Part shown: piece by piece, positions 41,661 to 51,550 of the stretch
Position numbering within the stretch: the stretch's first letter is position 1
Layout of the letters: each line of letters starts with the position of its first letter
NCBI GenBank assembly: GCA_963749495.1
Contig: CAVVMW010000006.1
Coordinates: 480,001-544,000 of the forward strand
Source: an uncultured bacterium
Lineage (GTDB): Bacteria > Verrucomicrobiota > Verrucomicrobiia > Limisphaerales > UBA8199
DNA length: 64,000 nucleotides
Direction of reading: 5' to 3'
The notes under the pieces: generated by a model
Database searches by the model: none
What the model was told of the DNA's origin: nothing
What the model saw: the letters and a program-made list of their open reading frames with translations, nothing else
Program-made: the position numbers and the translations under genes

Positions 41661-43273
41661 AAGCGGTCTCCTGCTAGATCGAACCACGCGACAATGGCAC
41701 AACCTTTGTCGCCTCCTTTGTCGAGAAGCGGGGCATTGGACAAAGGCCGCGACAAAGGCCGCGACGAAGGTCCAAAACCCTGCGGCCCTGGCGACGGTCC
41801 ATAGAAGGGCTGCCCTGCCGACACCTGCTCCGAGGCCGTGGGCTGGCTGTCCTGGTCGGCCGGGACGTTGGGGTTGAAGGGCAGCCCCAGGCGGCTGACA
41901 TCGCGCAGGAACAGCAGAGCGGGCGGTTTGGCAACCGCATCCACTATGGCCTCCAGGATGCAATAGTTGCCGGCCGGAATGGCATAAGCCGCCACCAGGA
42001 AATGGAATTGGCTGGGGCGCGTGGTCAAATAGGGGGCGACCTGTTTGAAGGCATCCGCATTCAGAAGCCCCTCCTGGTAGAGCCAGGCGGGGGTCTTGCC
42101 CGCATCCGGGCTCAGCCCCACGCGCGCTGAAACGATGGCTTCGGCCAGCGTCTCATTGAGCCCCGGCAGCGCGGCCAGGACCTTGGTGGAAGCCGTGTTC
42201 AGGTTCACCAGGCCGGTCAGCTTGGCCTGGTTGGTCGCCGTGCAACGGTCCAGGAGAATTGCCAACTCCTCCGCGCTGAGCGGCGAACTCTGCTGCGCTT
42301 CCTTGCCTTTGGCGTCCTTGGACTTGACGGCAGCGTCCAGCAGGTCCGCCGGATTGGCCAGCGGCGGCCCGTTCTGCCGGAGCACCTTGAGGAAGGCGAG
42401 CGTCGCCTCGGACAGGCCCAGGCTCGAAAGGTCGCCCTTGTTCACATCGATGCGCGGCCGACCTTCGTTGTCCTGGTTCAAGTCGTAAGTGGAGACTGTC
42501 AACAACTGGTTGAGCCCTATGTTCTGCTGGCTGTCCGGGTCCGGGCCCAGCACCGCCGCCAGGCTGTCGGCTTGCGAATCCGCGCGGCCGGTGAGGTTGG
42601 TGTAGTTGCCGTAAAGCAGCGGGGCGGTGAAACCGCTGACTTGCATCAACTCATCCAGGCAAGCCAAGGGGCGATTGGCGTCCTGCCCCGCCACAGGTGC
42701 AGCGGCCAAGTCCGCCTGGTTCGTGGCTGAGGGCGGTCCCGGGCCAACGGCAGCGGCGCGGCCCGCCCGGTTGGTGGCCGGGGGCGGTCCCGGGCCAACG
42801 GCAGCCTGCTGGTTGGTATCTGAGAGCGGTGGCGAACTCGCTCCGCCCCCCGCGGCGCTCAGCAGGCCCTGCGCCAGAGGGGCGGTCAGGTTCGGCAGCG
42901 CCTCCAACATCGATTCCGTGGCGTGATAGATATTGATCTTGCTCGCCTCGTCGGTCAGGCCGAAACGGACTCCGCCCGATTCAGTCACCGAATAGACCGA
43001 GAAATACCACTTCTGCACCCCATCGTCGTAAACGAGCTGGTCGCGGAAGGTGGCCGGATTGTCCTGCCATTGGCTGGCTCCGGAGGCGGCGTCCGCCGCC
43101 GCGAGCAACGCCCGCCAGACCCCGCTCATCGCCGCAGCCCGGACCTGGTCACCCCGCGCCCCCGCCGCCGCAGCCGTGTGTTCGGTCGTGAGCACAAACA
43201 ACAGGCTGGTCGCCACCATCAACGCCAGCATCACCACCACCAGGACAATGATCAGGACAAAGCCCCTTTTCAT
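41657..43273 (-). CDS. gspK: Type II secretion minor pseudopilin K
   Basis: MKRGFVLIIVLVVV, GLTDEASKINI, LDELMQVSG, RIDVN, VNLNTASTKVLAALPG, APYLTT. Confidence 0.88.
   Translation of the reverse strand: MKRGFVLIIVLVVVMLALMVATSLLFVLTTEHTAAAAGARGDQVRAAAMSGVWRALLAAADAASGASQWQDNPATFRDQLVYDDGVQKWYFSVYSVTESGGVRFGLTDEASKINIYHATESMLEALPNLTAPLAQGLLSAAGGGASSPPLSDTNQQAAVGPGPPPATNRAGRAAAVGPGPPSATNQADLAAAPVAGQDANRPLACLDELMQVSGFTAPLLYGNYTNLTGRADSQADSLAAVLGPDPDSQQNIGLNQLLTVSTYDLNQDNEGRPRIDVNKGDLSSLGLSEATLAFLKVLRQNGPPLANPADLLDAAVKSKDAKGKEAQQSSPLSAEELAILLDRCTATNQAKLTGLVNLNTASTKVLAALPGLNETLAEAIVSARVGLSPDAGKTPAWLYQEGLLNADAFKQVAPYLTTRPSQFHFLVAAYAIPAGNYCILEAIVDAVAKPPALLFLRDVSRLGLPFNPNVPADQDSQPTASEQVSAGQPFYGPSPGPQGFGPSSRPLSRPLSNAPLLDKGGDKGCAIVAWFDLAGDRL
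41703..41772. repeat. 12-bp TTTGTCGCGGCC / GGCCGCGACAAA inverted-arm element within the gspK 3' end
   Basis: cctttgtcgcctcctttgtcga...gacaaaggccgcgacaaaggccgcgacgaagg; family also at 55057-55140 and 58506-58588. Confidence 0.8.
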
Positions 43274-44238
43274 CCCGGTCCCTCCTTCCCTGCCGTGGCG
43301 GCGTGGCCCGAGGTGACGCCGGCTGGACTGTTGGGCAGCGCGATGACGCGGCGATAGAGTTCGAATGGGTATTCGTCCGCGGTCAACTCAGGCGGCAACG
43401 GGTCCACCCCCAGGCTCACCTCGATGCCAAGCGGCAGGTCGGCGCCGCTCCAGGCCTCCAGCCAATTGGTGCCGTCATAGTAACGGAAGCGCAGGAACTG
43501 CAACTGCTCGATCGTGACGCCCCCGCCGGGCGTTGCGGTCCCGCCCGCATCTAAAGGGGCTTGGTCCGCGTTGGTCGAGACCACACTGGTCTGCCTGGAC
43601 AAAGCTCCTTCGGAACGGATCAGCCCGGAGGGGCTGCCATTGGTGCCCTGCCCCAACGAGTAACTGACCAGGCGAAATGGCCAACCCCCGGTCGCAGAGG
43701 CTGAGCCGGTCGCGTTGGTCCATGCCGAGGGGAGGGGAAAGTCCAGCCTCACGAATTGGAGGTTGTCCGCGCCGCCGCTCAGCCCCTGCTGATACGTCTG
43801 GCAGCGGCGCGCCCCGCTCAACTCGCTGCTCAGCCGCTCCATCACCAGCCGCGCCGCTGAAATCTTCGCGTTCTCCTGGAGCAACTGCGTGCGCATCAAT
43901 TCGCATTGGCCGTAGAAAAACAGGACGACCATCAGGATGCCGGCGGCGATGCCGATGGCCAGGATGACCTCGATGAGCGTGAAGCCCCCAAGCGTGGCGG
44001 GGGAAAGGGGCCATGCCCCTTTCATGAACCGGCCCCCAGCCCGCCAGGTTTTGGACTGCGCCAGTCCTCTGGCGCTTTCGCGTCCCCAGGGTCCGAAAAG
44101 CGGCAGAGGACTGCCGCAGTCCAAAGCGCTTCGCGCCGAGCGGCGCCCATTCGGTTCATGGTCCCCTTGCGCGATCTCAAAATCGTGGAGGCTTTCCATG
44201 AACCGAGGTTCACGTGATGTCAACGGATTCAACCACAT
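43270..44238 (-). CDS. gspJ: Type II secretion pseudopilin J-like (leader inflated by repeat elements; alternative start 44025)
   Basis: GFTLIEVILAIGI prepilin motif; LRFRYYDGTNWLEAW...LPLGIEVSL. Confidence 0.8.
   Translation of the reverse strand: MWLNPLTSREPRFMESLHDFEIAQGDHEPNGRRSARSALDCGSPLPLFGPWGRESARGLAQSKTWRAGGRFMKGAWPLSPATLGGFTLIEVILAIGIAAGILMVVLFFYGQCELMRTQLLQENAKISAARLVMERLSSELSGARRCQTYQQGLSGGADNLQFVRLDFPLPSAWTNATGSASATGGWPFRLVSYSLGQGTNGSPSGLIRSEGALSRQTSVVSTNADQAPLDAGGTATPGGGVTIEQLQFLRFRYYDGTNWLEAWSGADLPLGIEVSLGVDPLPPELTADEYPFELYRRVIALPNSPAGVTSGHAATAGKEGPG
44020..44210. repeat. Nested TTCATGAACC/GGTTCATGG and TTTGGACTGCG...CGCAGTCCAAA elements in the gspJ leader
   Basis: ctttcatgaacc...ttttggactgcgccagtcctctggcgcttt...aaagcggcagaggactgccgcagtccaaa...ggttcatgg...ttccatgaacc. 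Confidence 0.75.
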
Positions 44239-44251
44239 TGCAGTGACGCAA

Positions 44252-44752
44252 TCAAAGACCCGGGCCAGACTGGGGGGCGCTCATCGCGGATTGAGGCTGC
44301 GAATCAGAGGGCCCGCTGCCCGGGACAGACCCGGCAGAGGCGGGCAGCAATTGGGTCAACCGGCAGACGATCGGCTCGGTCGCATGGCGGACAATGACTT
44401 CCACCCGCTGGAGCGGGTTGGCGACGTCTGCCAGGTCGGCCACTGGCTCGACCACCGTCTGCCAGGTCCATTGGTCGAACGGAGGCTCGAAGGGATTCGG
44501 TCCGCTGGATTCGGCGGGCTGGATGCCCATCTGGATCTCGGCCAGGACCGTGGCGGCCAGATTGCCCGCGTGGGCATTGAGTTTCAGGCGCTGGGTTTCA
44601 TCCACCGCCGCGCTGAGCGCGCCCGTGATAATAGTGGCCGCGACAACAAAGAGGACCAAGGCCAACACCACCTCCAGGAGGACCGCCCCGCGGCAGGCGG
44701 GGCGCCGGCCCGGCCTCCGTTCTTCACAGGCAATTCGGTGAATCGGGCGCAC
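44252..44752 (-). CDS. gspI: Type II secretion pseudopilin I-like
   Basis: GAVLLEVVLALVLF prepilin-like motif; W.WQ...LQRVEVIV. Confidence 0.78.
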   Translation of the reverse strand: MRPIHRIACEERRPGRRPACRGAVLLEVVLALVLFVVAATIITGALSAAVDETQRLKLNAHAGNLAATVLAEIQMGIQPAESSGPNPFEPPFDQWTWQTVVEPVADLADVANPLQRVEVIVRHATEPIVCRLTQLLPASAGSVPGSGPSDSQPQSAMSAPQSGPGL

Positions 44753-44764
44753 GGTTCGACTCGA

Positions 44765-45523
44765 TTACCTGCTGCTCTCCGGGGGGGTGGCTCGACGGTC
44801 TGTCTGCTGCGGCTGCGTCTCTGCGCCCGCCTCCTTGTCGGGCAGTTCCACGCGACTGATCGAGCCTGTAAAGCCCTCGATCTTCACGACGATGCGCCGG
44901 TCATCCACCGAGGCCCGGTCCGCCAGCGTAATCTGGGCGGAATCACAAGAGCCATTGGGGTTAAACGTTATGGATGCGGGCGCGAAAGGCTCGGCATCCA
45001 GGGGGCTGGCATCCAAAGGGCTGGCATCCAGGGAGTTGGCATCCACGGGGCTGGCATCCCCCGTCTCATCAGGGTCCGTCGCTTCATCGCCGCCCGGCTG
45101 CGGGTCCGCATTGTCGGCCAACTTGACGGTCTCCACCCCGACCATCTGGTTGACCTGGTCGATGCCCCATTGGCTGGCTTGGAAGTCCTGGAACACATCC
45201 GGTTCGCCCAGCGGGTCGGGTTCCCAGGTCAACTCCACGTGGTTCAGAGCGGTGAGGGAAGGGGCCTGGTTGGTATCCTGGACGAAATTGATCCGTACCC
45301 GCTTGCCGGTCTGCGCGGCCTCGGCCCGGGCAAACCGCAGCAGGGTCTCGAAACGGGTCGAGCCCTCGGTCAACCCCGGCTTTTGGCTCAAGGTGTCCAG
45401 GCTCAGCACCGCCAAACTGGTAAAGAGCACCAGCAACGACATGGTCAATAGCAGCTCGACCAGGGAATAGCCCTGGCGGCCGCGCCGCGACTGGCCGTGT
45501 TTATGTTCGTGCCCGTTTAACAT
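44765..45523 (-). CDS. gspH: Type II secretion pseudopilin H-like
   Basis: GYSLVELLLTM, LLRFARAEAA, ITFNPNGS; internal acidic DASPL repeats. Confidence 0.82.
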   Translation of the reverse strand: MLNGHEHKHGQSRRGRQGYSLVELLLTMSLLVLFTSLAVLSLDTLSQKPGLTEGSTRFETLLRFARAEAAQTGKRVRINFVQDTNQAPSLTALNHVELTWEPDPLGEPDVFQDFQASQWGIDQVNQMVGVETVKLADNADPQPGGDEATDPDETGDASPVDANSLDASPLDASPLDAEPFAPASITFNPNGSCDSAQITLADRASVDDRRIVVKIEGFTGSISRVELPDKEAGAETQPQQTDRRATPPESSR

Positions 45524-45544
45524 TGCCCAATCAAGAGTCTTTGG

Positions 45545-46120
45545 TCACTTGCCTGTGCTGCCGGTTTTGCCGCTGCCGCTGCCGCTGCCGCTGCCGCTCG
45601 TGTCGTCCAGCACCGTCTTGGCGTCCTTGCCCGTGTTCTTGTCGTCGAAAAGCTTGATGTCGTCGTCGGTGTCCGGGATGCCGTCCGGCCCCAGCGAGTA
45701 GAGCTTGTAGTCCGGCGTGCCGGGGTCGGTCGTCAAGGTCTTGTCCACCAACTCATACCGGATCTTGTTGCCCCAGGGGTCTTCCAGTTTCGTGCCGGGC
45801 TTGAGGTATGGTCCTTGCCATTTCTCTCCCAGGCGCTCGTTGTCGAAGTTCGGTTTCACCAGCAACGCCCCCAACCCGCCCTGATCTTCGGTCGGATACG
45901 ACCCGATATTAAGCCGGTAAGTATCCAGCGCCGACTGAACCTGGTTGAGCAACAACCGGGTCGTGTTCACTTCAGCCCCTTTTTGCTGAGGCAAGACATA
46001 CACCACCAAGGCCCCCGCCAGCATCAAAATGATGACGATGACCAGGAGTATCTCGATCAGGGTAAAACCTGCCGCCGGCCTCGCGGGCCGCATGGCCCGG
46101 AACTTTTGCTTCAAAACCAT
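45545..46120 (-). CDS. gspG: Type II secretion major pseudopilin
   Basis: GFTLIEILLV, ALDTYRLNIGSYPT..QGGLGAL, WQGPYL, DPWGN, LYSLGPDG...TDDDI. Confidence 0.95.
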   Translation of the reverse strand: MVLKQKFRAMRPARPAAGFTLIEILLVIVIILMLAGALVVYVLPQQKGAEVNTTRLLLNQVQSALDTYRLNIGSYPTEDQGGLGALLVKPNFDNERLGEKWQGPYLKPGTKLEDPWGNKIRYELVDKTLTTDPGTPDYKLYSLGPDGIPDTDDDIKLFDDKNTGKDAKTVLDDTSGSGSGSGSGKTGSTGK

Positions 46121-46349
46121 ATTGTCAAGAAATAGTGTAACCCTTTTGAGACGGTTTTCAAGCCCGGATTATTCATCCGGGAAACAAATCCGCACCAAAG
46201 CCGTCAGGCCGGCGAGCCGGCTTTGAGTCGCTTCTGCGATCTTTATCGTTGCCTTTCTCTCAATCTTGGTCGAAAACCGGCCATTCGACAAGACTTTCGA
46301 CAAAAAAATGCCAAGCTCATCCAGGGTCCTGTGCAACAGGACGCCGGGC

Positions 46350-47558
46350 TCATTTGGCGCTAAGCGTGCTCGCCATTGTGAAGATAGGCAGTAGCAAGCC
46401 CAGTGCCAAAAAACCGATTCCCGCCGCCACCACGCACAGGATGACCGGCTCGACCAACCGCACAGCCTGGTCCACCTGCCGGTTGGTCCGACGTTCCACA
46501 GTGTCGGCAATGTGCAAGAGGACCTTCTCCAACTGGTTGGACTCCTCGGCCACGCTGATCATCGCGACAACCTGTTCCGGAAACATCCCCCCTTGCGCCA
46601 GCGGTTCGGTCAGGGGCTGGCCGGCGCGGACGTTCTCGGCCGCCTCCGCCACCCGTTCGGCCAGCAGGGGGGAGCCGGTCGAGTCTTTGCTGATGCTCAG
46701 GGCCTGGAGCATCGGCACCCCGTTGGCCAGCATCGTCCCCAGGATCCGGCAAAACCTCGTGATCGCCACCATCCGCAGCGCCGTCCCCACCACAGGCACC
46801 TTGAACCGCCATCGCTCCAGCCAACGCCGTCCGGCCACGCTCTTCAGACCGGACCACAGGAGGCTGACCGCCCCGCCAAGGCCCAAGACCAGCAGGTACC
46901 AGTACCCCCGCACCAAGTGGCTCAACGCGAAGAGCAACTGCGTCGGCACCGTCTTGTGGACCGCGCCGAGCAGCGGCTCGAATCGAGGGACAAAAAAAAC
47001 CATCGCGCCGAGCATCACCACCGTCCCGACGACCGTCAGCAAGGCCGGATAGATCATAGCCCCGGCGACCTTGCTGCGCAGTTCATCCAGGCGCTCCAGG
47101 AACTCCGCCAGGCTCCGCAGGACCTGCTCCAGGAAGCTGGCCCGTTCACCCGCCTGGATCATCGCCGTGTGCAAGGGCGAAAAGACGCGCGGGTGCTGCC
47201 GCATCGACTCAGTCAGCGATTTGCCGTCCGCCACCGCTGCCTGGACCTCCTTCAAGACCTCGCACAGCCGCGCATTGACCGTCGAGCGCACCAGCGAATT
47301 GAGCGCCCGCAACAGCGGCACGCCCGACCCGAGCAAGTCGCCCAGTTGACTGTACATCACCCCCAGGTCCCGGCTGGGAATCCGCCCTGCCAGCCGCTTG
47401 CGCTTCTCATCGCTCGTGCCCCCCATGTTGCGGATCGCCACCGGGAACAGCTCCCTCTCATCCAACACTCGAAGCACCGCCGCCTCGCTGTCGGCGTTCA
47501 GGGTCCCCGTCACCGTCTGGCCTTGCGCGGACCTGGCTCTGTATTGGAATTCACCCAT
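46350..47558 (-). CDS. gspF: Type II secretion system F protein
   Basis: QLGDLLGSGVPLLRAL, MIQAGE, AMIYP, RFCRILGTMLANGVP, LVEPVIL. Confidence 0.94.
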   Translation of the reverse strand: MGEFQYRARSAQGQTVTGTLNADSEAAVLRVLDERELFPVAIRNMGGTSDEKRKRLAGRIPSRDLGVMYSQLGDLLGSGVPLLRALNSLVRSTVNARLCEVLKEVQAAVADGKSLTESMRQHPRVFSPLHTAMIQAGERASFLEQVLRSLAEFLERLDELRSKVAGAMIYPALLTVVGTVVMLGAMVFFVPRFEPLLGAVHKTVPTQLLFALSHLVRGYWYLLVLGLGGAVSLLWSGLKSVAGRRWLERWRFKVPVVGTALRMVAITRFCRILGTMLANGVPMLQALSISKDSTGSPLLAERVAEAAENVRAGQPLTEPLAQGGMFPEQVVAMISVAEESNQLEKVLLHIADTVERRTNRQVDQAVRLVEPVILCVVAAGIGFLALGLLLPIFTMASTLSAK

Positions 47559-47564
47559 GGCTGT

Positions 47565-49235
47565 CTAGACTGCGGTGCATTTGAGCACCTCCTCGATGGT
47601 CGTCACGCCCGCCCGCACCTTGCACCAGCCGTCCTCGCGCAGGAGGCGCAGGCCGCTGGCGCGCGCGGCCTGGACGACCTCGAGGGTCGGGGAGCATTTC
47701 ATGACCTTCTCGGAGATGGCATCGTTCATGATCATCAACTCATAAAGGCCGGTTCGCCCGCGATAGCCCGTGCCGCGGCAGGTCTCGCAGCCCTGGCCCT
47801 GATAGAGGACCTGGCCGGGGGCCAGCGTCAGGTCGGCAGGGCAGCGGACCGAGCCGGGCGGAGAGGGGGACTTGCACCCGGCGCAGATCTTGCGGACCAG
47901 GCGCTGGGCCATCGCCCCGATGAGCGTGCTGCTCACCAGGTAGGGCTCGACCCCCATGTCGATCAAACGCGTGGGCGCCGAGCCGGCATCGTTGGTGTGC
48001 AGGGTCGAAAAGACCAGGTGCCCGGTCAACGAGGCCTGGATGGCCGCATGGGCGGTCTCCAGGTCGCGAATCTCGCCGATCATCACCACGTCCGGGTCGT
48101 GGCGCAGGATGGCCCGCAGCCCGCGCTCGAAGGTCATTCCCACCTTCTGGTCCACGGGGATCTGGTTCACGCCCTGGAGGTGGTATTCGACGGGGTCTTC
48201 CACCGTGAGCACCTTCAGTTCGGGCCCGACAATTGCGTTGAGGGCGGCATAGAGTGTCGTGGTCTTGCCGCTGCCGGTCGGGCCGGTGACCAGGATGATG
48301 CCGTGCGGGCGGTCGATCAGGCCCTTGAACGAGGCGAAGGTCGGCTCATCCATCCCCAGCTCGGTCAACGTGAAGAGCACGCTCGCCTTGTCCAGGATGC
48401 GCATGACAATCCCCTCCCCGAAAAGCATGGGGATGACGCTCACGCGCACGTCGATCTGGCGCCCGCCGATCTGGAAGTTGATGCGCCCGTCCTGCGGCAC
48501 CCGCCGTTCCGCAATATTCAGGCTGGCCAGGATCTTGATGCGGCTGATGATCGCCGCCTGGAATTGGTGGATCTGCGGCGGGACCGAGGCGCACTGCAAG
48601 ACGCCGTCGATGCGGTAGCGGATCGACAACTCGTGCTCGTAGGGCTCGACATGAATGTCGCTGGCCCGTTCGTGGACGGCCTCGACGATGATCTCGTTGA
48701 CCAGCTTGATGACGCTGGCCTCCTGGGCCATCTCCATCAGGTCTTCGCTGCTCTCCCCGCTGGCGCGCGCCGCGGCCAGCCCTTCGGTGCCCACCATCTC
48801 ATCGATCGTGTCGCCGCCCACACCGTAATGCGCCTTGATCAGCTTCTCGATCTCGTCCCGCGTCGCCAAAAACGGCTTCACCTGCAGCCCTGTCAGCAGC
48901 CGGATATCGTCAAACACGCTCAGGTCGAAGGCATCGCTGGTGGCCACGCCCAGCCCGCCGTTCTCCCGCGAGATCGGCACCAGCCGCTTGCGGAAAATGA
49001 ACTTCGTGGGCAGCGCCTGCCGCGTCTCCGGGTCAATGACCACCTCGCTCAAATTGGCCAGCGGGATATTCAGGCACTCGCCCATCACCTCCAGCACCTG
49101 CCGCTCGCTCAAAAACCCCAGTTGAACAATCGCCTGGTCCACCCGCAACTTCTGCGCCTGCGCCGCCGCCGCCGCCTCGCGCAGTTGCTCCGCCGTCACC
49201 AGGCCCTTGCTCAATAGGATGTCCGTTATGCTCAT
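47565..49235 (-). CDS. gspE: Type II secretion ATPase
   Basis: [49 protein letters not shown]...CETC zinc motif. Confidence 0.95.
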   Translation of the reverse strand: MSITDILLSKGLVTAEQLREAAAAAQAQKLRVDQAIVQLGFLSERQVLEVMGECLNIPLANLSEVVIDPETRQALPTKFIFRKRLVPISRENGGLGVATSDAFDLSVFDDIRLLTGLQVKPFLATRDEIEKLIKAHYGVGGDTIDEMVGTEGLAAARASGESSEDLMEMAQEASVIKLVNEIIVEAVHERASDIHVEPYEHELSIRYRIDGVLQCASVPPQIHQFQAAIISRIKILASLNIAERRVPQDGRINFQIGGRQIDVRVSVIPMLFGEGIVMRILDKASVLFTLTELGMDEPTFASFKGLIDRPHGIILVTGPTGSGKTTTLYAALNAIVGPELKVLTVEDPVEYHLQGVNQIPVDQKVGMTFERGLRAILRHDPDVVMIGEIRDLETAHAAIQASLTGHLVFSTLHTNDAGSAPTRLIDMGVEPYLVSSTLIGAMAQRLVRKICAGCKSPSPPGSVRCPADLTLAPGQVLYQGQGCETCRGTGYRGRTGLYELMIMNDAISEKVMKCSPTLEVVQAARASGLRLLREDGWCKVRAGVTTIEEVLKCTAV

Positions 49236-49401
49236 CGCCGCGTTCCGCCGCCATTATTACAGTGATCCGCCCGCCGTGGCAAGCGGAGGGTCGAGGGTCG
49301 AGGGAAGGACACCCGGCACCCGGCTCTCGTCCCTCGCTTCACGCCAGGGAAATCGACGACCGGGCCAAACGAAAATTCACCCTCTCCCAATCCCCGATCA
49401 G

Positions 49402-49506
49402 TCAATGCCTCTTGTAGAGCGCCAGGAAGGCGCCCAGGAGCACCAGGGACAGGATGATCACCAGGGAGATAAAGCGTCTGAGGGCCTTGCGTTTTTCGTA
49501 GATCAT
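49402..49506 (-). CDS. 34-aa single-TM peptide, paralog of the upstream protein's C-terminus
   Basis: GGAGG-cactg-ATG; MIYEKRKALRRFISLVIILSLVLLGAFLALYKRH*. Confidence 0.6.
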   Translation of the reverse strand: MIYEKRKALRRFISLVIILSLVLLGAFLALYKRH

Positions 49507-49524
49507 CAGTGCCTCCGGCGGTGC

Positions 49525-50059
49525 CTAGCGTTTGCGGTAGAGCCCGAGGAAGGTCCCCAGGAGCAGCAGGAAGAGGATGCAGACCAGGAGGATGAAGCGT
49601 CTGCGGGCCTTGCGTTTCTCGTAGCGGAGGGGTCGCAGGCCCTGGATGCCGCCGGCGGCCAGGTAGCTGATGAGCTTGGGATTGGTGGCCGCGGGGCCCT
49701 GGAACCAACTGCGGATGCGGCGGAGCAAGGCGGGCAGGTCGTATTTGCGCACACCCAGGTCGTTGTAATGGTCGAGGGTGTTTGCCGAGTCGGCATGGGA
49801 TTCGAGGCGGCTAGGGTCGACGTTCCTCGAAAATGGGCTCCTGGGCGGGCGTGGCCTGGGCCGGGGGTGGGGCGGCGGGGGTGTGGCTGAGAGTATTTCC
49901 GTGAGGCAGGGCAGTCGAGCGGAGGCGCGGCTGGGTCTGGGGGTTGCGCTGCAACAGGGCGTCGAGCCGTTTGATCTCGTCCTGGACGTGAGCGATCTCG
50001 CGTTTCAGGACGCGGGCGCGGGCCGAAAGGGGGTCGGTTTTTCTTTTTGGCCAGGCCAT
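49525..50059 (-). CDS. Hypothetical protein: N-terminal coiled coil, C-terminal TM anchor (frameshift near 49823)
   Basis: MAWPKRKTDPLSARARVLKREI...EPIFE, then shift to VDPSRLESHADSANTLDHYNDLGVRKYDL...PLRYEKRKARRRFILL...YRKR*. Confidence 0.65.
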
Positions 50060-50072
50060 AACGACGGGCGAC

Positions 50073-50747
50073 TCAGCGGCGCAACAATAGGGCCAGCACG
50101 ACCAGGGTGATGGCGACGACCACCGCCAGGGGCCAAGTGATGGCAAAGCCGAGCCGGCACAGGTCGCTAAAGGTGTAGGTCTCCAGCAGGGTGCGCGGAG
50201 CGTTCCGGGCGGCGGGCGCCTCCGGGGAGGCCGACTGCGCCTCACCCGCCAGCACCGGGAGCTTCAGCCGCGAGGCATTCCACTCCATGCGCGCATTTTC
50301 CAGCGTGGTCAAGGCCCGAGTCAGTTCGAGGTTGAAGTTCTCCCGGGTCCAGGTTTCCTCGTTGATGGCTTGGACCTTGGCCAGGGCATCGCGCAGGTCC
50401 ACAAGGGCCTTGGCCATCTGCTCGGCGTCGCGGCGCGCGGCGAACTCCGCCTCTTCGAGCAGGCCCAGCCCGCGGGTCAGGCTGCGGACCATCTCGACGC
50501 GCCCGGTCTGGAATTCCGCCTGCCGGCGGCGGGTCTCCTCCAGCACCGCCCGCTCGCGCTCCAGTTGCTCCTGTGCGCGCCTCAACTCGGCCAGTTTCTG
50601 CTGCGCCTCGGCCACCTTCGAGTCCACCTCCTCGCGCGTGGGGGCCCGCGGCTCGGAACCCGGGCCAGGCAGGGGGGCGGAGCCCGAGGTCTTGTGCGCC
50701 TGCAGATCGCCGTCGATGAACTCCGTTGCGTCGTAATCCGAAGACAT
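50073..50747 (-). CDS. Coiled-coil protein with C-terminal TM helix
   Basis: Long heptad-rich Glu/Arg/Ala segment; GFAITWPLAVVVAITLVVLALLLRR. Confidence 0.7.
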   Translation of the reverse strand: MSSDYDATEFIDGDLQAHKTSGSAPLPGPGSEPRAPTREEVDSKVAEAQQKLAELRRAQEQLERERAVLEETRRRQAEFQTGRVEMVRSLTRGLGLLEEAEFAARRDAEQMAKALVDLRDALAKVQAINEETWTRENFNLELTRALTTLENARMEWNASRLKLPVLAGEAQSASPEAPAARNAPRTLLETYTFSDLCRLGFAITWPLAVVVAITLVVLALLLRR

Positions 50748-50863
50748 GCCTGGAGTCTAGTCAGCCGGCACGACGATGTAAAGGCCGGCAGCATTTGCCC
50801 TTGTCAGGCCGCATGGGCCGCCCTACACTCAGACCCGTTGGCCCCTGAGCGACAACGCATGAC

Positions 50864-51550
50864 ATGATCGAACTGATTCAGTTTCCCTGGAGCCCCTTCT
50901 GCATCGTCCAGCGCCGCATCCTGGAGTTCTCCGGGATGCGCTTTAGAATCACCAATATCCCCAACGGCGACCGCTCCCTGGTCTGGCGGCTGAGCAAACA
51001 ACGCTATTACTGCGTGCCCATCCTCCGGGACGGCAAATCGGTCATCTTCGAGATCAACGACCACTCGCAGGTTATTGCCAAATACCTGGACACACGGCTC
51101 AAACTGGGCCTGTTCCCCTGGGAACTCGAAGGGGTGCAATCCATCCTCTGGCGCTACATCGAAACTGAGGTCGAGGCGGTCGGTTTCAAGCTCAACGACA
51201 TCTACTGGAAGGAGTTTGTCCCGGCGCCGGACCGGCTGCTGTTTTTGCGGCACAAGGAGCGCCGGTTCGGGCAGGGCTGCCTGGCCGCCTGGAAGACCCA
51301 GCGCAAGGCCCTGCTCTGCCAACTGGAGCAACTGCTGCTGCCCTTCGAGGAGATGCTCCTCTACAAGCCGTTCCTGCTCGATCAACGCCCGCGCTTCGCG
51401 GACTTTGACCTCTACGGCATCCTGGGCAATTTTCTGCACTCGGGCCATTACCGCCTCCCGGCAGCCCACGACCGGCTCCGGCAGTGGCACAAACGCATGA
51501 CCGCGGCCCAACTCAAGCCCTTTGCTCGTGAAAAAGAATTACATTCTTGA
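50864..51550 (+). CDS. Glutathione S-transferase family protein
   Basis: QFPWSPFC, VPILRDG, SQVIAKYLD, PFLL..RP.FADFDLYG. Confidence 0.82.
   Translation: MIELIQFPWSPFCIVQRRILEFSGMRFRITNIPNGDRSLVWRLSKQRYYCVPILRDGKSVIFEINDHSQVIAKYLDTRLKLGLFPWELEGVQSILWRYIETEVEAVGFKLNDIYWKEFVPAPDRLLFLRHKERRFGQGCLAAWKTQRKALLCQLEQLLLPFEEMLLYKPFLLDQRPRFADFDLYGILGNFLHSGHYRLPAAHDRLRQWHKRMTAAQLKPFAREKELHS

Noticed and set aside
49402..49625. Possible DGR template/variable repeat pair
   Set aside because: Differences are not confined to adenines, look like codon-level divergence, and no reverse transcriptase is in the window.
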